A stretch of DNA of 64,000 nt from the NCBI RefSeq assembly GCF_009914755.1, contig NC_060926.1. One strand, written 5' to 3'. A model generated the notes under the pieces. The model was not told the DNA's origin and did not search any database. It was given only the letters and a program-made list of their open reading frames with translations. Made by a program: the position numbers and the translations under genes. Origin of the DNA: the human T2T-CHM13v2.0 reference genome, Homo sapiens. Positions within the stretch are counted from its first letter, which is position 1; each line of letters opens with the position of its first letter. Of this stretch, positions 53,290 to 64,000 are shown in pieces.

Positions 53290-55585
53290 TATATAGTTTG
53301 AATATATGTCTCCACCAAATCTCATGTTAAATTGTAATCCCCGATGTTGGAGGTGGGGACTGGTGGGTGATGTTTGGGTTATGGGGGTAGATCCCTTATG
53401 GCTTGGTGCTGTCCTCACAATAGTGAGTGAGTTCCCTTGAGATCTGGTTATTTGAAAGTGTGTAGCACCTCTCCCCATTCTCTTGCTCCAGCTTTACCAT
53501 GTGAGACACCTGCTCCTCCTTCAACTACAGCCATGATTGCAACCTTCCTGAGACCTCCCCAGAAGCAGATGCTCGCATTATGCTTCCTGTACAGCCTGCA
53601 GAACCATGAGCAAATTAAACCTCTTTTCTTTATAAATTACCGAATCTCTGGTATTTCTTTGTAGCAACGCGAGAACAGCCTAATACAGATAATTGGTACA
53701 GAGGAGTGGGGTCTTGCTATAAAGATACCAGAAAATGTGAAAGTGACTTTGGAACTGGGTAACAGGAAGAGATTGGAAGAGTTTAGAGGGCTCAGAAGAA
53801 GACAAGAAGATGAGAGATGGCTTGAAATTTCTTAGGGACTGTGTATATGGTTGTGACCAAATGCTGATACTAATATGGACAGTGAAGTTCAAGCTGAGGA
53901 GGTCTCAGATTTAAATGAACTTATTGGGAACTGGAGCAAAGTTCACATGTGTTATGCCTTAGCAAAGAAGTTGGCTGCATTCTCTTCAGGCTCTATGGAT
54001 CTATGGAAGTTTGAGCTTGAGAGTGATAGCCTAGGGTATCTGGCAGAAAAAACTTCTAAGCAGCAAAGCATTCAAGATGTGTCCTGGCTGCTTCTGACAA
54101 CCAATACTCAGAAGTGGGAGCAAAGAAATGAGTTAACGTTGGAATTTGTATTTAAACAGGAAGCAGAGTATAAAAGTTTGGAAAGTTTGCAGCTTGGCCA
54201 TGTGACAGAGAAAGAAGCTTTTTCTAGAGCAGAATTCAAGCAGGCTGCTGAGCAAATACTTGCTACAGAAATTTGCATAACTAAAAAGGAGCCAAGTGTT
54301 AATAGCCAAGACAAGGTGAAAAATGTCTCAAAGGCACTTCAGAGGCTTTTGTGGTGGCCCCTTTCATCACATGCCTAGAGACATAGGAGGGAAGAATGGT
54401 TCCAGGGACCAGGACCAAGGCTCTGCTGCTCTGCACAGCCTCAGGGCACTGCTTCTCACATCTCAGCCACTACAGCACCAGCCAGGGTTCAAAGGGTCCA
54501 GATATACCTCGAACTGCCACTTTCGTCCAGATACACCTCGAACTGCCACTTTGGAGAATGCAAGTCATAAACCTTGGCAGCTTCCATGTGGTGTTATGCC
54601 CACACTTGCAGAGAGTATAAGAGTGGTGAAGGCTTGTCAGCCTCTGCCTAGGTTTCAGAGGATGTATGGGAAAGCGTGGTTGCCCATGCAGAAGCCTGAT
54701 GCAGAAGTGGAGGCTGCACAGAGAACTTCAACTAGGTAAGTGCAGAGGGGAAATGTGGGGTTGGAGACTCCACTCAGAGTTCCCAGTGGGGCATTGCCTA
54801 GTGAAGCTGTGGGAAGGGGGCCATTATCCTTCATACCCCAGAATGAGAGAGCCACTGGCAGCTTTCACACTATGACTGGAAAAGCCACAGGCACTCAATC
54901 TCTGAGAGTAGCCACAGTAGATGTACCCTACAAAGCTACAGAGGCAGAGCTGTGCAAGGCTTTGGGAGCTTACTCCTTGTACCAGTGTGCCCTAGGTATA
55001 AGACATGGAGTCAAAAAAAGATTATTTTAGAGCTTTAATATTTAATAATTTCCCTGTTGGATTTCAAGCTTACAGGGACATGTAGCCCTTTCTTTTGGTC
55101 AGTTTCTGTTTTACAGAATGGGAATGTTTACTCATCCTGATTCCATTATAGGTACAATGCATATACCTCCATTGTATCTTGGAAGGAAATAACTTGCTTG
55201 ATTTTACAGGCTTATAAGTGGAAGGAACTTGCCTTGTCTCAGATGAGACTTTAGACTTGGGACTTTTAATTGATCTGATGCTGGAATGAGGTCAGACTTT
55301 GGGGGATTGTTGGGAAGGCATAATCGTATTTTGCAATGTGAGAAGAACGTGAGATTTGAGAGACCAGGAGAGGAATGATGTAGTTCAAATATATGTCCCT
55401 ACCAAATCTCATGTTAAATTGTAATCTCCAACGTTGGAGGTGGGTCCTAGTGGGAGGCGTTTGGGTCATGGGGGTAGATCTCTCAAGGCTTAGTGCTGTC
55501 CTCAGAATAGTGAGTGAGTTCTCTCAAGATCTAGTGATCTAAAGATGCATGGCAACTCCCTCCACTTTCTTGCTCCTAGTTTTGT
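53290..55585 (+). mobile_element. MST-type MaLR provirus: LTR ~53290-53687, internal ~53688-55377, 3' LTR ~55378-55585 (truncated)
   Basis: MST LTR (accaaatctcatgttaaattgtaatc...ttggaggtggg) occurs twice; the internal region produces the ORFs at 53875-55030. Confidence 0.9.
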
Positions 55586-55789
55586 AGGTTCATTTTCTCA
55601 TCTATAAACTGATAATTATATATAGTATACATGTGTTATAATTGGGTGTGATGGTAATGAAGTAAATATGTAGATTGCCTAATGCACAATATAAACATTC
55701 AATACACATTCCAAAATACTGTGTAATTATTAGACAGTTGCTAACTCAACGGAAAAAGGTGAGCTTGATAGAAGACAGAGGTGAACTAT

Positions 55790-57079
55790 CAGCCCTACTC
55801 AATAAATGGTGCTGAGAAAACCAGCTAACCATATGGAAAAAAATGAAATTTGACCTCTACCTCTCACCATTTACAAAAATTAACTCAAGATGGATTAAAA
55901 ATTTAAATGTAATACCTCAAACTAAAAATCCCAGAAGAAAACATAGGAAATACTTTTCTGAACATTGACCTATGCAAAGAATTTTTGACTAAGTCCTCAA
56001 AAACAAATGCAACAAAAACAAAAATTAACAATGAATCCTAATTAAACTAAAGAGCTTCTGCTTAGCAAAGAAACTATAAAGTAAACAGACAACTTACAGA
56101 GTGGGAGAAGATATTTTCAAACTATGCATCTGACGAAAGACTGATGTCCAAAATCTTTAAGGAACTTTAAGGAACTTAAATAAATGAATAAATAAAAACT
56201 CCATTAAAAAGTGAGCAAAGGACATGAACAGACACTTCAAAAGAAGATATACAAGTGGCCCAAAAACATGAAAAAATACTCAACATCACTAATAATCAGA
56301 CAAATGCAAATCAAAACCACAATGAGATACCATCTCAAACCAATCAGAATGGCTACTATTAACAAGTCAAAATAACAGATGTTGGTGAGATTGAAGAAAA
56401 AAAAGGAAACACTCATACACTGTTGGTGGGATTGTAAATTAGTTCTCGATTGCAGAAAAAAAGGAAACACACACTGCTGGTGGGATTGTAAATTCGTTCA
56501 GCCACTGTTAAAAACAGTTTTGAGATTTCTCAAATAACTAAAAACAGAATTACTATTCAACCTAGTGATCCCATTACTAGGTATATACACAAAGGAAAAC
56601 AAATCATTCCACCAAAAAGACACATGCATGTGTACATACATCACAGCACTATTCACAACCACAAAGACATAGAGTCAACCTAGGTGCCCATCAATTGTGG
56701 ATTGGATAAAGAAAATATGGTATGTATACCCAATAGAACACTATGTAGCCATAAAAGGATGAAATCATGTCCTTTGCAGCGACATGTATGCAGCTGGAAG
56801 CCATTATCCTAAGTGAGTTACTTCAGAAACAGAAAACCAAACACTATATATTCTCACTTATAAGTGGGAGCTGAACAGTGGGTACACAAAGACATAAGTA
56901 TGGCAACAAGAGGACTTCAAAAGAAGGGAAGGGGTAAAGGGAAAAGATTGAAAAACTACCTATTGGATACTACATTCACTATTTGGGTGACAGATTCAGT
57001 TGATGTCCAAACTTTAACATCATGCAATATACCCACATAATAAACCTGTACATGTATCCCTGAATCTACAATAAAAAAA
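55790..57079 (+). mobile_element. Older L1PB/L1PA 3' part (ORF2 end and 3' UTR)
   Basis: ctactcaataaatggtgctgagaaaacc...aaacctgtacatgtatccctgaatctacaataaaaaaa. Confidence 0.9.
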
Positions 57080-57082
57080 CAG

Positions 57083-63298
<6,216 letters not shown>

Positions 63299-64000
63299 TT
63301 GTCAGAATTCAATAATTATGCAATAAGGACGTAATTTAGTAGCTCTAGTTAGAGGTTCAAATAGAACGTAATTTAAAGTTGACATTAAAACAAGCTAAGG
63401 AAAAAGATAAAAGCCTGTGAATGGGGTTAATTCAGAAGCTAAATCCATGAAGAATAAGCAGTTATTTTATTTTTAGCTAGGTATACTCTACTGGATTGGA
63501 GTTGAGCCCATGAGTGGCTCAACAGAAGCTGGCTAAATCCATGTTAAAATCTTAAATGTGATCCTTGAGTTTTTCAGAGTATTGAAGAATTCACCCATAA
63601 AAAGACAATGAAAGTGTTTACTGTGCAGCTGGGGGATGACAATATGGTTCTGAATCATTTTCCTTAATAAGAGATTAAGTCAGAAAATATTCTTATCTCA
63701 ATCATCTCTATGCACTTTGTCCCGAGGAAACAGATGGAATTCACCACTTTTGTAAATCCCATAATTTTTGTTATTTTGGGTATCTGTGTCCTTACCACAG
63801 TATTCTCCAAGAAAAATTTTGGGAAACAATCAGCTGCTACAAATGTGCTTTGTATGAATACTTTTTTAAAAAACAAGTTTTGCTTAGAAAACACCTAACT
63901 CCAAAATTATCCCCAAAGTCTGCAACTTTCAAGCTAAAATGCTAAATAATAAATATCAGTTATCGTTATAAAAAAGAATAAAATTCAGTAAGAAATTTAA

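Overview
AT-rich primate (almost certainly human) genomic DNA from inside the giant gene LRP1B, which is transcribed on the minus strand. The only credible coding sequence is one 163-nt exon (26725-26887, minus; YWTD beta-propeller segment, probably exon 7). The rest is intron, densely filled with repeats: about 9-10 Alus, a full-length old L1PA, several truncated L1s, MaLR elements (THE1/MST/MLT1, three with internal sequence), ERV1/ERVL solo LTRs, MER2/MER82/MER3 DNA transposons, L2 and MIR. There is also a processed RPS16 pseudogene and a decayed U6 snRNA copy. Nearly all listed ORFs come from repeats or chance. I found no new gene system. The most interesting signals are structural: (i) an ~860-bp inverted duplication of an L1 plus its unique flank, whose source copy later received a twin-primed L1 with a large internal gap; (ii) a head-to-head Alu pair 52 bp apart; (iii) several tandem and fold-back micro-duplications; (iv) a 3'-truncated RPS16 retrocopy with its 5' TOP end intact. 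Repeat subfamily names are recalled from consensus sequences and need RepeatMasker/Dfam confirmation.
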